Positions 31,484-42,422 of a stretch of DNA of 64,000 nucleotides are shown piece after piece. Positions within the stretch are counted from its first letter, which is position 1, and each line of letters opens with the position of its first letter. The stretch is taken from the NCBI GenBank assembly GCA_963674755.2, contig CAXXVS010000003.1, positions 2,720,001-2,784,000 of the forward strand. Direction: 5' to 3'. The notes under the pieces are model-generated. The model did not search any database and had not been told where the DNA came from. It saw nothing but the letters and a program-made list of their open reading frames with translations. The DNA comes from Desulfobacterales bacterium (GTDB lineage Bacteria > Desulfobacterota > Desulfobacteria > Desulfobacterales > UBA5852). A program made the translations under genes and the position numbers.

Positions 31484-31551
31484 CCTCCTTGACGATTAAC
31501 TTTAAGCTGTGGTCTAAACCCAGCCCCATTTCACCATGTTTCGCTCTTGGG

Positions 31552-32427
31552 TCATCTCTCGATCATGCGTTGCAGAACGCCCTGCAAAAGGGCCGAATCC
31601 TCGTTCGCCAATCCCTGACTCACCGCCATGTTGAAGTACTGGGCGGCAGCATTCGCCACGAGAAGCGGCAAGTTGTGTTCGCGGGAAGAGGTAACGACAA
31701 TGTTGACGTCTTTCCAGAGCTGGCCCATACCGCCCGGCGAAGCCGATTGATCCAGAATTGCTTTTGACAAGAGGCGGAAATAGTCGTTGCCACCGATACC
31801 GCTGCCCACAACCTCGCAAACCTGCTTGGGGTCGGCGCCTGTCTTTTCGGCCAGCGCAATCAGTTCGATGGTGGCGGCGTGAATGGCACAGACCAGGAGC
31901 TGGTTGCAATGTTTGACCGCCTGGGCCATTCCGGGCATCGCCCCTGCGTTGGTAATCTTGCCGATCACTTCAAGATACGGGCGGGCCCGTTCCATGACGG
32001 CGGGTTGAGCGGCGCAGATGAGGGTCAGGGTGCCGTTGGCCACACGGGCCGGACCGCCCGTGAAGGGGCTGTCCACAAAGTCCACCTTCTTGGCGGTGCA
32101 GCGGTCATGGATTTCCTGCAAATTACGCCGGTTGATCGTGCTCATGCAGATAACCAGATCGCCGGGCTTGGCACGCTGCAGGATGCCCTCAGGGCCACTG
32201 ACAACCTCGAAGACCTGCTCATCGTTCAATACGATCACAATGACCACATTGGCCTTTTCAGCCACCTCTTGGGGGCTGGCGACGTGCAGGCCGCCCAGTT
32301 TTTCGAAAGCCGTGATGACCTCCGGCCGGCGCGCGTAGCCAATCACTTCATATCCGGCCTTGAGGAATCCTGCCGCGGCCGGCATACCGCAGCGTCCCAA
32401 TCCGATGATCCCGATACGTTTCGTCAT
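31552..32427 (-). CDS. Beta-hydroxyacid dehydrogenase (3-hydroxyisobutyrate dehydrogenase / tartronate semialdehyde reductase family)
   Basis: IGIIGLGRCG, DSPFTGG, catalytic K in VKHCNQ, KDV. Confidence 0.85.
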   Translation of the reverse strand: MTKRIGIIGLGRCGMPAAAGFLKAGYEVIGYARRPEVITAFEKLGGLHVASPQEVAEKANVVIVIVLNDEQVFEVVSGPEGILQRAKPGDLVICMSTINRRNLQEIHDRCTAKKVDFVDSPFTGGPARVANGTLTLICAAQPAVMERARPYLEVIGKITNAGAMPGMAQAVKHCNQLLVCAIHAATIELIALAEKTGADPKQVCEVVGSGIGGNDYFRLLSKAILDQSASPGGMGQLWKDVNIVVTSSREHNLPLLVANAAAQYFNMAVSQGLANEDSALLQGVLQRMIER

Positions 32428-32514
32428 TTTTTTCTCCTTTGGCCCGCAGTATCCCGGGCGAAACCTGGTCGGCAATCGCATGCGGGCCTGCGGTTTTGGT
32501 AACGATTGATTTGT

Positions 32515-33690
32515 CTAAGACCGTGAAGGGGCGGCCTTGACGACCCGGCCGCCTTGAATCACGGTTTGAACCTGACGCAACGCGGACACGTCCTGCAGCG
32601 GATCGCCTTCCACGCCGATGACATCGGCCAGTTTGCCCTTTGCCAGGCGTCCGATGTCTTCTGCCAAACCGCAGAGCTCGGCCGCCCGTGTCGTTACACC
32701 GGCGATGGCATCGGCGGGCTTGGCCCCAAAGCCGACGACATGCGCCACCTCGACGGCCAATTGGCCATGCATACCGTCCGTGCCGATGGCCCAGCGGATG
32801 TCAGCGTTTGCGACCTGTGCCATAACGGAAGCGACTTCGCTCCGTTGTTCGAGGTGAAGCTCCTGCAGGTTGCCGTGCAGGGTTTCCAAGCGCGCATCCG
32901 TGAAAAAGATGCTCGGGGTCAGTACCAGCCAAGCCGGACCGCCGGCCATGACCGCGATCTGCTGCGGTGTCATGAAGTAGCCGTGCTCGATGACGTCAAT
33001 GCCGCACGTGAGCGCCAGGTCCAGGCCGGGACCGCCGATACAGTGGGTGGCCACGGGAACGCCGGCGCGGTGGGCCTCGGCCACCAGCATTTTGACCTCG
33101 GCCTCCGAAAAGGTGCAGGGAAGGCCCTTGGGCCCTTTCAAGGAGCCGGTCAAATAGATTTTGATCAAGTCCGCGCCGGCCAGCAAGTTTTCGCGCACGA
33201 CCGTCCGCAATTTCTCGGGCCCGTCAAAGGCATACCCCACAAAGCCATGGCCGTGCAGCGCGCGGATGCCCCGCGTGGCGACTTTCAGCCGTGGTCCTGA
33301 AAGTCGGCCCTCCTCCTGTGCCTTCCGGCAATGCACGTCCAGAAAGGCCTTGTCGCCCAGACAACGGGAGGTGGTCACCCCGCTCATCAGGTCCATTTCC
33401 ATCGTTTGGACCGCCCGCAGGGTGAGTTCCGGCAGGGGGTCGTTCATGCCGAGAAGATAATTCGGCAGCTCGGGATCCAGGGAAAGATGGTTGTGGCAGT
33501 CGATCATGCCGGGCATCAGCGTCTGGCCCGGGCAGTCGATCACGTTTACGTCCGCGTCGGCCGCCGCCAGCGCTTCCCGCCCCAAACAAAGGATGCGCTC
33601 CCCGGCGATCAAAAGGGCGGCCGGCTCATCCCTCAGGTATTGCTCCCCGTCGTATAACGACTGGCCACGAATCAGCGTATGGTCCATCAT
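32515..33690 (-). CDS. Metal-dependent amidohydrolase
   Basis: PGMIDCHNH, IKIY, ATHC, IEHG, GTD metal ligands. Confidence 0.88.
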   Translation of the reverse strand: MMDHTLIRGQSLYDGEQYLRDEPAALLIAGERILCLGREALAAADADVNVIDCPGQTLMPGMIDCHNHLSLDPELPNYLLGMNDPLPELTLRAVQTMEMDLMSGVTTSRCLGDKAFLDVHCRKAQEEGRLSGPRLKVATRGIRALHGHGFVGYAFDGPEKLRTVVRENLLAGADLIKIYLTGSLKGPKGLPCTFSEAEVKMLVAEAHRAGVPVATHCIGGPGLDLALTCGIDVIEHGYFMTPQQIAVMAGGPAWLVLTPSIFFTDARLETLHGNLQELHLEQRSEVASVMAQVANADIRWAIGTDGMHGQLAVEVAHVVGFGAKPADAIAGVTTRAAELCGLAEDIGRLAKGKLADVIGVEGDPLQDVSALRQVQTVIQGGRVVKAAPSRS

Positions 33691-33733
33691 TCTCCTCTTC
33701 CTTCAGGCGGCCTTGGCCACCCATCTTTTCAAC

Positions 33734-35011
33734 TTATAGACCGGCCGGCCACATGGTCATGTGAGGAAAAAAGATGACCGCCAGGACAACGAGTACGATG
33801 GCGATCAGAAACCAGATAATGTCGCGGCTGACTTGCTCGATGGGCGTTTCCGCGATCAGGGCGGATATATACAACGTCTGCCCCACCGGCGGCGTGAACA
33901 GCCCCACGGCCAGCACCATGACGATGACCACACCCAGTTGGACCGGATTCACCCCGAATTTCAGCGCCAGGGGATAGAGGATAGGCGTGAAGATCAGCAG
34001 GGAGGGGGCCAAATCCAAAAAACAGCCGGTAATCATCAGGACGCCGGCGATCGCCAGCAGAGCCACTGTACCATTCGGTAAAATGGCCTGTAATTCATTG
34101 CTGAGGACCACCGGAACCCGGCTGATCATAATCAGGTAGGTGAGCATGAAGGAGGTGGCGATGAGAAACAGCACGACCCCGGTCATTTTGGCCGAGTCCA
34201 CGATAATGCGATACAGCTGACCCAGGCTAATCCCCTTGTAGATAAAAAGCTCAATCAAAATCACGTACAACGCCCCAAAGATCGCGGCTTCCGTGGTGGT
34301 GTAAACACCGCCCAGGATGCCGCCCATTACGAGGATTGGCGTAATCAGGGCAGGAATACTTTTGATGAACTGACGGAAGATCTCCTGGCGGCAAGGACGT
34401 TCGGCGATATAATACTTGCGCTTGTAGCCCAGCCAGGCCGCGATCGCCATTTGCAGCCCCCCCACCAGGATTCCCGGGATGAGACCTGCCAGAAACATGT
34501 CGCGAATGGACACCTCGGTAATCCAGCCATAAAGAATCATGGGGATGCTGGGGGGGATGATGATGCCGATCGTGGAGGAAGCCGCATTAACCGCGGCGGC
34601 ATAGCCTTTCCCATAGCCCCGTCGCGTCATTTCGGGAATGAGCACGGTACCGACACTGGAGGCGTCGGCTACGGCCGACCCGGAACAGCCACCGAAGAAC
34701 ATGCTGACCACGATGGATACCGAGGCCAGACCGCCCCATATGGAGCCAACCAGGGAGTTTGCCAGGTCCATCAGGTTTTTGCCCGAGCGCCCCTGATTGA
34801 GCGCGTTGCCCATCAGCACGAAAAAGGGCACGGCCATGATGGGCCAGGACTCCGTTGCCAGCGTCATACGATGCACCATGGCCTGTATGGGGATGCTCCC
34901 GCTGATGAGTCCGTAAAACAAGGCACACATACCCACCGCAAAGGCCACGGGAATCCGCAAAAACATGGCAAAGAAGATAAAGCTGACGCCACAGATGATC
35001 ACCACGTCCAT
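33734..35011 (-). CDS. dctM: TRAP transporter large permease
   Basis: SGSAVAD, IIPPSIP, GLFTPPVG. Confidence 0.92.
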   Translation of the reverse strand: MDVVIICGVSFIFFAMFLRIPVAFAVGMCALFYGLISGSIPIQAMVHRMTLATESWPIMAVPFFVLMGNALNQGRSGKNLMDLANSLVGSIWGGLASVSIVVSMFFGGCSGSAVADASSVGTVLIPEMTRRGYGKGYAAAVNAASSTIGIIIPPSIPMILYGWITEVSIRDMFLAGLIPGILVGGLQMAIAAWLGYKRKYYIAERPCRQEIFRQFIKSIPALITPILVMGGILGGVYTTTEAAIFGALYVILIELFIYKGISLGQLYRIIVDSAKMTGVVLFLIATSFMLTYLIMISRVPVVLSNELQAILPNGTVALLAIAGVLMITGCFLDLAPSLLIFTPILYPLALKFGVNPVQLGVVIVMVLAVGLFTPPVGQTLYISALIAETPIEQVSRDIIWFLIAIVLVVLAVIFFPHMTMWPAGL

Positions 35012-35068
35012 AGTTTCAATACCTATCTATTTCGACCGAAACGGTTGGCGGTTAGAATTGATCTGCTT

Positions 35069-35593
35069 TCAGAGACTTTCCTGGCCCGGCATTTGATCTC
35101 GCCCATCTTCGGGGAGCTTCGGGTTTTTGGTCATTATCTTCTCGATGATAAAAAGGGCGAACAGGATGCATGAAACCGGTATGCCTACATAACAGCTTGC
35201 CTTGGAAACCTTCATGACCACAAAGGTGCTGTTGCGTGCCGCCAAGGTCATCAGTCCTTCATAGTAGCCAAGGGTCAATACGAACCCCAAAGACAGGACC
35301 AGATTGATGTAATAGATCGCAAACCGCACTTTTTTGGGAAAAAGGGCTACGATAAAATCCACGCTAAGATGGCTTCCGTCGCGATAGGCAATGGCCGCTG
35401 CCAGAAAGCTGACCCACAGGAACAAAAATATGGGCAACTCCTCACCCCAGCCAAATGCGAGGTTGAAGAAATACCGCGCAATGACCTGAACGGTTACGCT
35501 TAAACAAAGCAGGATAAACAAGATGGCGGTTAATAGTTCGGCAAGTTTGTAAACGATGTCGAAGGTACTTTTCCGTTTGCTTTGGGTTTCCAT
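35069..35593 (-). CDS. dctQ: TRAP transporter small permease
   Basis: QVIARY, WGEEL, HLSVD; four TM segments. Confidence 0.9.
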   Translation of the reverse strand: METQSKRKSTFDIVYKLAELLTAILFILLCLSVTVQVIARYFFNLAFGWGEELPIFLFLWVSFLAAAIAYRDGSHLSVDFIVALFPKKVRFAIYYINLVLSLGFVLTLGYYEGLMTLAARNSTFVVMKVSKASCYVGIPVSCILFALFIIEKIMTKNPKLPEDGRDQMPGQESL

Positions 35594-35762
35594 CGGTTGT
35601 CCTATGCCATGGACTGCTGGCCGGAAGGGATTTTCAGAGGCGAGACGCTATCGTCTCGATCTCCTCACGGGCCCCGATCCGGGAGAACCAGGGCCCGTCA
35701 AGCGGGCTTTGTGTTTACGTCGCCGATAAAACCAATTGAACGCTGAGTATTTGAATTCGGAA

Positions 35763-36818
35763 TTACTGGGCTTCGATGCCGATATAAGAACCTTCTTCGG
35801 GATATTGTTTTCGAACGGTTTCCACTCTTTTCAAGATATCATCCACCTTATCGGTGCCCCATTTGTCACGGGCCCAGGTATAGACCTGCTGAACGGATTC
35901 TCGGAAGGGGGTCAGATCAGGGATATCGTTGATTTGCATGCCGGCTTCTTCCATCGCGGCCCGCTGATTGCCCTCGTTGGCCAAAACCTTCTTACGCATG
36001 AAAGCCGCGGTTTCCAAGGCAACCTGCTTGATGGCTTTACGCTGCTCTTCGTTCAATGTCTGCCACCGCTGCTCACTGAAGATGAGGGGCAGGGTGCTGT
36101 ACTGGTGCTTGGTTAAGGACATGTACTTCTGCACTTCATAAAACTTGGAAGCGTAGATATTCATGAAAGGATTCTCCTGGCCGTCCACCACGCCCGACCC
36201 CAAGGCGGTGTAAAGCTCGGAATACGCCATCGGCACGGCGTTGGCCCCCATGGCGGATATGATCTTGATCGACATCTCGGATTTGACCACACGCACCTTG
36301 AGTCCCTTCATGTCTTGTACGGTGAAGATGGGGCGCTTGGAGTTGGTCATGTGGCGGAAACCATTATCCCATGTGGCCAGATAGCGGATACCCTTTGCCT
36401 GCAGAGGCTTGTATATTTGGGCGACGAAATCGGAGTCCATGAAAGCATAGGCTTGCGCATAGTTGTCAAACAGGTAGGGCAGTTCGATCAATTCCTGTGT
36501 TCGATTATCGTCGAAAACCGACACTAAACCAGCGGTCGTAGGATAAATATCCAGCGCCCCCGTTGCGACCATCTCCTGGCATTGCGTGTGCGTGCCCATC
36601 TGGCCGGCGGGGTATACTTCCACCTTGAGATCGCCATTGGTAAGCTTCTCCAACCGTTCCGCGAAATACAGGGCGGCCTCGTGCCGAATGTTGGTGGTGG
36701 ACTCTGAATGGGCGAACCTGAGGGTGGTGGCCGCTTGCGACGGCTGGACCATTGCCAGCATCCCCAACAGAATGATCCCGCCAACAGCGAATACCGCAAT
36801 GCCTTTCAATCCTCTCAT
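35763..36818 (-). CDS. dctP: TRAP transporter substrate-binding protein
   Basis: Signal peptide; DNGFR, GLKVR, ELYTAL..GVVDGQEN. Confidence 0.92.
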   Translation of the reverse strand: MRGLKGIAVFAVGGIILLGMLAMVQPSQAATTLRFAHSESTTNIRHEAALYFAERLEKLTNGDLKVEVYPAGQMGTHTQCQEMVATGALDIYPTTAGLVSVFDDNRTQELIELPYLFDNYAQAYAFMDSDFVAQIYKPLQAKGIRYLATWDNGFRHMTNSKRPIFTVQDMKGLKVRVVKSEMSIKIISAMGANAVPMAYSELYTALGSGVVDGQENPFMNIYASKFYEVQKYMSLTKHQYSTLPLIFSEQRWQTLNEEQRKAIKQVALETAAFMRKKVLANEGNQRAAMEEAGMQINDIPDLTPFRESVQQVYTWARDKWGTDKVDDILKRVETVRKQYPEEGSYIGIEAQ

Positions 36819-36931
36819 TTTCCAATCCTCCCTATTTGATTGAGTGAGTTGGGCACCGAATGAGCGCAACTTTAGACAAAACGTCAGATAAAACATCAAA
36901 AATTATTTGCGCTCATGTGTTACGGTATTCG

Positions 36932-36961
36932 TGTATACATAGCTGGCAGCGGCAAAGTCAA
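36932..36961 (-). promoter_or_regulatory. Putative dctP promoter (TTGACT -35) with TGTATACA GntR-type operator over the -10
   Basis: agtcaa at 36956-36961; tgtataca at 36932-36939. Confidence 0.5.
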
Positions 36962-37376
36962 GAGGAAACTAGCCGGGCGATACCCTCCGGCAAACCCGGC
37001 TAATCCCCTCAGAAGTATCATTCGATCAGATCGACGCTGACACGACGGTCAGGCCCGTTTTGTTGTTCCCAGGGCCTCTCGATTCGTTGCCGCAATTCAC
37101 GTTTTGTATTTGCGCCGGAATCATCGATATGAGGGCGCATGGCCAATTCCGTGCATCACGAACGGAATTCGACGTTGAACGGGCCATCCCGTCAGATCCA
37201 TGGGGGCCCGTTGCCCTCGCATTAAACCATCAGATCGCTTGACCAGAGGGAGGGCCTTATGTATATGTGTATTCATAAAAACAATGCCAACGCATGATGC
37301 CCCTTTGTTCCGGCGCATCCCGGCGTCCATGAAGGGGATACCCAAAACCTTAACCAATTTTGAGTAATATCAGGAA

Positions 37377-38072
37377 ATGATAACCAATAAAAATGCCCTT
37401 CCCATAATGCCTTCCCGTTCCATTGCGGATCAGATCTACGAGCGCACCAAGCGCGATATCCTCAACGGCGTTATCAAACCCGGCCAGCGGCTGCATGAGG
37501 TTGATGTCGCCAATGCCGTCTCGGCCAGCCGCACGCCGGTTCGGGAGGCCTTCCGTCGACTGGAGCAGGAAAATCTGGTGGAGCGGGTGGCCCGGGGTGG
37601 CGTGCGTGTCATCCAGTTGGAATGGGAGGCGGTAAAGGATCTGTACGATCTGCGAACCGTCCTGGAGACGTATGCCATTAAACTGGCTTGTGAAAAAATC
37701 ACTTCTGAACAAATCGTCACCCTTAAACAGATCAAGGCCCAGGCCATGGAGTTGCTAAGCTCTCCGGAACTTAGCAGCGACTACGTGTTCAGTCGTTTTA
37801 TGGATCTTAACGCCCAGTTCCACGAAACCATCTATCAAGCCACCGGTTCGCATTTTCTGATGGTCATTATCAATCAATTAAGGGGCATCGTTCAAGTCAT
37901 GCGGTCCATGAGCCTGCAGGTCGAACAATCATCCACCCGTGCCTGGGCAGAACACAACCGCCTGATCCAATACCTGGAAAAACACGATGTCCAATCCGCT
38001 CAGGATCTGATTCAACAGCACGTGCAGAACGCCGCCCAGGAAGTTCTTTCGGTCATGAAACGCAAAACATGA
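37377..38072 (+). CDS. GntR family regulator (FCD domain)
   Basis: PGQRL, SRTPVREAF wHTH; NAQFH, EH. Confidence 0.92.
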   Translation: MITNKNALPIMPSRSIADQIYERTKRDILNGVIKPGQRLHEVDVANAVSASRTPVREAFRRLEQENLVERVARGGVRVIQLEWEAVKDLYDLRTVLETYAIKLACEKITSEQIVTLKQIKAQAMELLSSPELSSDYVFSRFMDLNAQFHETIYQATGSHFLMVIINQLRGIVQVMRSMSLQVEQSSTRAWAEHNRLIQYLEKHDVQSAQDLIQQHVQNAAQEVLSVMKRKT

Positions 38073-38398
38073 TCAAGCGCCAAAACACCATAATCTGATT
38101 CGCGCCACTCCCCTCGAACCGAAAAATCCCCCCGGTACCTACCCAAGGTCAGCGGAATGAAAAGCGTCTGGTTATGCATCCGCTGACACCCAGGCCGGCG
38201 TCTCACCGGACGACGAACCCTGTCGTCACGTCCGATGCCGCCCGCCCGATGAAGCTTCCAAGACAGCCGGCGAGCCCTCCCCTGAGTTCCCTAAGACATC
38301 TGTAACGGACACGGACGAAGACAACGACGCAATGAACGTTTGAATGCTCCGCCCAAAGAGCATTACCGGTCGATGTGCTGCCGTGGGTCAAAAAATGA

Positions 38399-38439
38399 TT
38401 GACAGGGATTTGGATTCCTGTATTCTTGTATACAAGAAT
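38399..38439 (+). promoter_or_regulatory. Sigma70-type promoter (TTGACA...TATTCT) overlapped by the perfect 18 bp palindrome ATTCTTGTATACAAGAAT
   Basis: TTGACA 38399-38404; palindrome 38422-38439 contains the FadR/GntR-type core TTGTATACAA. Confidence 0.75.
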
Positions 38440-38476
38440 GCTGAATATCGATTTCATCATCTGAAATCAGCGGGCC

Positions 38477-39199
38477 ATGGGGGTTGAAATGATCGGGAGA
38501 ACCGGAAGAAAGATCTATTCGATTGAAGTTCCGCGATCCATGTCGGACCAGGTTTATCAAATCCTTCGCGACGCGATAATGGCCAACGAATTCAGGCCTG
38601 GAGACCGTTTGGTGGAACTGCAGCTGGCCGAGCTCTTAAAAGCCAGCCGTACCCCGATTCGGGAAGCGATCCGACGACTGGAACATGATGGCCTGGTCGA
38701 GCGTCTGCCTCAGGGAGGCGTCCGAGTGAAACCGGTGACCATCGAATCGGTGCGACAGGTCTATGGGTTGCGAGGGGTGCTGGAGGCTTACGCGGTCATC
38801 CAGGCCTGCGACCGGATCACCGAGGAGGATTTTTCCGCGCTGGACCAGATCCGGAATCAAGCCCTTGAATTGATGAAAAACAAAACGATGGACAGCGTCG
38901 AAAAAACACACAGGATTTTGGCCCTCAACACGGACTTTCATGACACGCTGAATCAGCTCTGTGAAGATGCCTACCTGCTCAAGATGCTGGATGTGGTGCA
39001 TCAGGAAGTGGTTCGTATGAGAGGCTTGGCCCTTCAGGACAAAGCCAACTGGGAAGAGGTTTGGGATCAACATAAGGAACTGCTGAAGCTAATGCGGACC
39101 GGCGAGAAGAAAAAACTGGATGAATTCGTGAAATATCATGCCGCCAGGGGCGCGGAATACGTCATGAATGCCCTTAAGAAGACCCACAAAACGGATTAG
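38477..39199 (+). CDS. GntR family regulator (FCD domain)
   Basis: PGDRL, SRTPIREAI wHTH; NTDFH, QH. Confidence 0.92.
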   Translation: MGVEMIGRTGRKIYSIEVPRSMSDQVYQILRDAIMANEFRPGDRLVELQLAELLKASRTPIREAIRRLEHDGLVERLPQGGVRVKPVTIESVRQVYGLRGVLEAYAVIQACDRITEEDFSALDQIRNQALELMKNKTMDSVEKTHRILALNTDFHDTLNQLCEDAYLLKMLDVVHQEVVRMRGLALQDKANWEEVWDQHKELLKLMRTGEKKKLDEFVKYHAARGAEYVMNALKKTHKTD

Positions 39200-39264
39200 C
39201 GCTCGCGGCGGGCATGGGCACGACGCTGAAGCCGGTACCTTCATCAACCACAAGGAGGAACACA

Positions 39265-40242
39265 ATGGACCGAAGACACGCTTGGATCTGGATCGCAACG
39301 CTGATTGCCCTCTTCTGCCTGGCAGGGTGGACGACTGTGTCGGCCGGACAATGGCCGACGGAAACACTCGAAATCGTTGTCCCCTGGAAGGCCGGCGGCG
39401 GAAGCGACACCATGGCCCGTTTTATCGCCAAATCCATCAAGGACAACAATCTCTGTGCAGAACCTGTCGTTGTGGTCAACAAACCGGGCGGAAACGCCCA
39501 AATCGGCTCAGCTTACGTGATGAGCAAGACCGGTGATCCCAATATTTGGATGACGCTTTCTTCCGCGCAGATTCTCAGCCCCATCGCCGGCATGGGAACG
39601 ATCAAGGCTTCGGATCTGACCCCCCTGGCCCAAATGGCAGCGGACAGCTTCATTCTGGTGGTCAAGGCCGACTCCAAGTACAAGACCGTCGACGATGTGG
39701 TGGCCGCCGCCAAAGCCAATCCGGGCAGTATCAACATTGGCGGGACCGGTCGTGGCGCCGACGATCATCTGTGTACATTTCTCCTGGAGAGCGCTGCCGG
39801 GATCAAGCTGAACTATATCGCCTTTAGCGGCGGCGGGGAGGTCATGAGCAACCTGCTGGGCGGTCATATCGACATGGCCTGGGCCAACCCGAACGAATGC
39901 CTCAGCCAGGTCGAAGGCGGTCTGGTGCGGACGATTGCCGTCACCACGCAAGAGCGTCTGGGCGGTACTATGGACTGCCCCACATTCCAGGAAGCCGGAT
40001 ACGATGTGGTCTTCATCGGTGTCCGTGGTATCCAGGGGCCACCGAATATGCCGGAAGCGGCCGTTAAGGCCAGCATCGATTTGCTGCGCAAGGCCAGCGC
40101 AACGGCGGAATGGCAAAAAGGCTACATCGAGGCCAAATATCTGCAGCCCAAATTTATTGCCGGCGAGGATTATCGGAAGGTCATCGAACGCAATGAGGAG
40201 ATTGCCAAGAAAGCCCTGAAAGAGATGGGCATTATTAAATAA
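39265..40242 (+). CDS. tctC: Tripartite tricarboxylate transporter substrate-binding protein
   Basis: VPWKAGGGSDTMAR, NKPGG, GGGE...LLGGHID; AGGAGG RBS. Confidence 0.9.
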   Translation: MDRRHAWIWIATLIALFCLAGWTTVSAGQWPTETLEIVVPWKAGGGSDTMARFIAKSIKDNNLCAEPVVVVNKPGGNAQIGSAYVMSKTGDPNIWMTLSSAQILSPIAGMGTIKASDLTPLAQMAADSFILVVKADSKYKTVDDVVAAAKANPGSINIGGTGRGADDHLCTFLLESAAGIKLNYIAFSGGGEVMSNLLGGHIDMAWANPNECLSQVEGGLVRTIAVTTQERLGGTMDCPTFQEAGYDVVFIGVRGIQGPPNMPEAAVKASIDLLRKASATAEWQKGYIEAKYLQPKFIAGEDYRKVIERNEEIAKKALKEMGIIK

Positions 40243-40250
40243 GTTTTATT

Positions 40251-40288
40251 AGAAACGGCCGGACGGGAATAGTCCTCCGGCCGTTTCT
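40251..40288 (+). terminator. Intergenic hairpin after tctC
   Basis: AGAAACGGCCGGA / TCCGGCCGTTTCT 13 bp stem. Confidence 0.6.
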
Positions 40289-40310
40289 CTTCTACCAAAA
40301 GGATTGCATC

Positions 40311-40763
40311 ATGCGGCGCGCTGAAATCATCGGTGCCATTGTCAGTACAATCGTCGGCTTGGCAATCGTTAGCCAGGCCGCACAACTGGAATACTGGATG
40401 CCCCTGGGGCCCGGGCCGGGCTTCGTTCCCCTATGGGCCGGAATCACCATCGCCCTGGCCGGGATCGTTCTCCTTATCCAGGTGCTGCGGTCTCCGCGCA
40501 GCCCTGAGGAGCCGCCACCTGAGAAGGGCCGTTCCGGTATGGTTTGGGTTGCCGCTGCCCTGACGGTGCTCGCTGCCCTGGGCATGAATTTCATCGGCTT
40601 TTCAGCGACGTCCTTTCTATTTATGGCGGTTCTGATCGGGATCAGCGGCAGTCATCGCTGGACAACGACGATCGGTATCGCCGCAGTCGCCACCGTTGTC
40701 TTTTTATTGGTCTTCAAATGGGGACTCCAGGTCCCGTTGCCCACTGGTGTTATCGGTATCTAA
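40311..40763 (+). CDS. tctB: Tripartite tricarboxylate transporter small subunit
   Basis: GPGPGFVP, LQVPLPTG; four TM segments. Confidence 0.88.
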   Translation: MRRAEIIGAIVSTIVGLAIVSQAAQLEYWMPLGPGPGFVPLWAGITIALAGIVLLIQVLRSPRSPEEPPPEKGRSGMVWVAAALTVLAALGMNFIGFSATSFLFMAVLIGISGSHRWTTTIGIAAVATVVFLLVFKWGLQVPLPTGVIGI

Positions 40764-40802
40764 GCATTCGAAATGCCGATAAACACGGCAGAAAGATGAC
40801 AA

Positions 40803-42347
40803 ATGGACTTCTTCTCCTCCCTGTTCTCAAATCTTGGCATGGGGTTCGGCGTGGCACTCAGTCCGATGAACCTCCTTTTTTGCGGTCTGGGGGTCACGCT
40901 GGGCACCTTGCTGGGTGCTCTGCCGGGAATCGGTGCGGTCACGGGCGTTGCCATTCTCTTGCCGCTCACTTTCGGCATGGACCCCACCACAGCCATCATC
41001 ATGTTGGCCGGAATCTATTACGGCGTCATGTACGGCGCCACCATCAGTTCCATCCTGTTGAACACCCCCGGAGACGCCGCGGTCGTCATCAGCGCCATCG
41101 AAGGATATCCCATGGCCAAGGCTGGCCGTGCCGGGGCGGCCTTTTCGATGAACGCTATCGCTTCCTTTATCGGCGGAACCTTCGGGGCGGTGATGCTGAA
41201 CATCGGCGCCCCTGTGGTCGCCATGGCCGCATTGAAGTTCGGACCGCCGGAATATTTCTCACTGATGATCATGGCCATGCTGTCGCTGGCCGGCTTGGCG
41301 GGGGATGCACCCGCCAAAGGCATCATCATGGGCGCCCTTGGGGTGTTTCTGGCGACGATCGGCGTGGATGTCGTGCATGGTGCCTTGCGATTTACTTACG
41401 GCAGCATCGCCATGATGAACGGGATCGATTTTCTCCCGGTCGCGATCGGTGTATTCGGGGTTGGCGAAGTCCTGGTGCAGTTTGAAACCCTGCGCGAACA
41501 AAATGCCCTGAACGTCAATTTGAAACTCAGGGAATTGCTTCCGACCAGCGCGGATTGGGTCCGCTCCCGGTTCGCCATCCTGCGCGGTTCCATCATCGGC
41601 TTCGTGATCGGGGTCCTGCCGGGCGCCGGCGCCACCCTGGCATCCTTCCTTTCCTACGCCACGGAGAGCAAGCTGACCTGCCACAAGGACGAATTGGGCA
41701 AAGGGGCCATCGAAGGGCTGGCCGGTCCCGAGGCGGCCAACAACGCCGCCGCCGCCGGTTCCCTGGTGCCGATGATGACGCTGGGCGTACCGGGCTCCGG
41801 CACTACGGCAGTCCTCCTGGGCGCCTTCATGATGTACGGCATACAGCCCGGTCCGTTGCTCTTCCAGAATCAGCCCAAACTGGCCTGGGGCGTGATCGCC
41901 AGCATGTATATCGGCAATGTGATGCTCGTCGTGTTGAACACGGTGTTTATCCCGGCATTTGTCCGGGTGATGAAGGTGCCCACGACCTTGTTGCTGCCGA
42001 TCATCCTGGTGCTGTCCGTCGTGGGAGCCTACAGCCTGCAGAACTCCATGGTGGATGTCTGGATCATGATCGCGGCCGGTATCGGCGGCTACTTCATCAA
42101 GAAGTATAAATACCCCGCCGCGACCCTGATTCTCGGGCTGGTGCTGGGGCCGCTGGCCGAAGTCAACTTCGTCCGGTCGTTGAGTATATCGCACGGCGAG
42201 CTATCGATTTTTTTCACCCGGCCGATTTCGATGATTTTACTGGCAGTTGGTGTGCTGAGCATTTTCGCACCGTCGCTCAAGAGTGCCGCCATGAAATGCT
42301 GGGACCGTGCGGTCGAGAAATTGGCCCGGCCCGACAGCTGCGCCTGA
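40803..42347 (+). CDS. tctA: Tripartite tricarboxylate transporter large permease
   Basis: [34 protein letters not shown]. Confidence 0.93.
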   Translation: MDFFSSLFSNLGMGFGVALSPMNLLFCGLGVTLGTLLGALPGIGAVTGVAILLPLTFGMDPTTAIIMLAGIYYGVMYGATISSILLNTPGDAAVVISAIEGYPMAKAGRAGAAFSMNAIASFIGGTFGAVMLNIGAPVVAMAALKFGPPEYFSLMIMAMLSLAGLAGDAPAKGIIMGALGVFLATIGVDVVHGALRFTYGSIAMMNGIDFLPVAIGVFGVGEVLVQFETLREQNALNVNLKLRELLPTSADWVRSRFAILRGSIIGFVIGVLPGAGATLASFLSYATESKLTCHKDELGKGAIEGLAGPEAANNAAAAGSLVPMMTLGVPGSGTTAVLLGAFMMYGIQPGPLLFQNQPKLAWGVIASMYIGNVMLVVLNTVFIPAFVRVMKVPTTLLLPIILVLSVVGAYSLQNSMVDVWIMIAAGIGGYFIKKYKYPAATLILGLVLGPLAEVNFVRSLSISHGELSIFFTRPISMILLAVGVLSIFAPSLKSAAMKCWDRAVEKLARPDSCA

Positions 42348-42422
42348 GCGCATCGGATTAACAGTGCAATGAATGGTGGGAATGTCTTGGATTCCCGCTG
42401 AAGCGTAAAAGGAGAAGGTACG

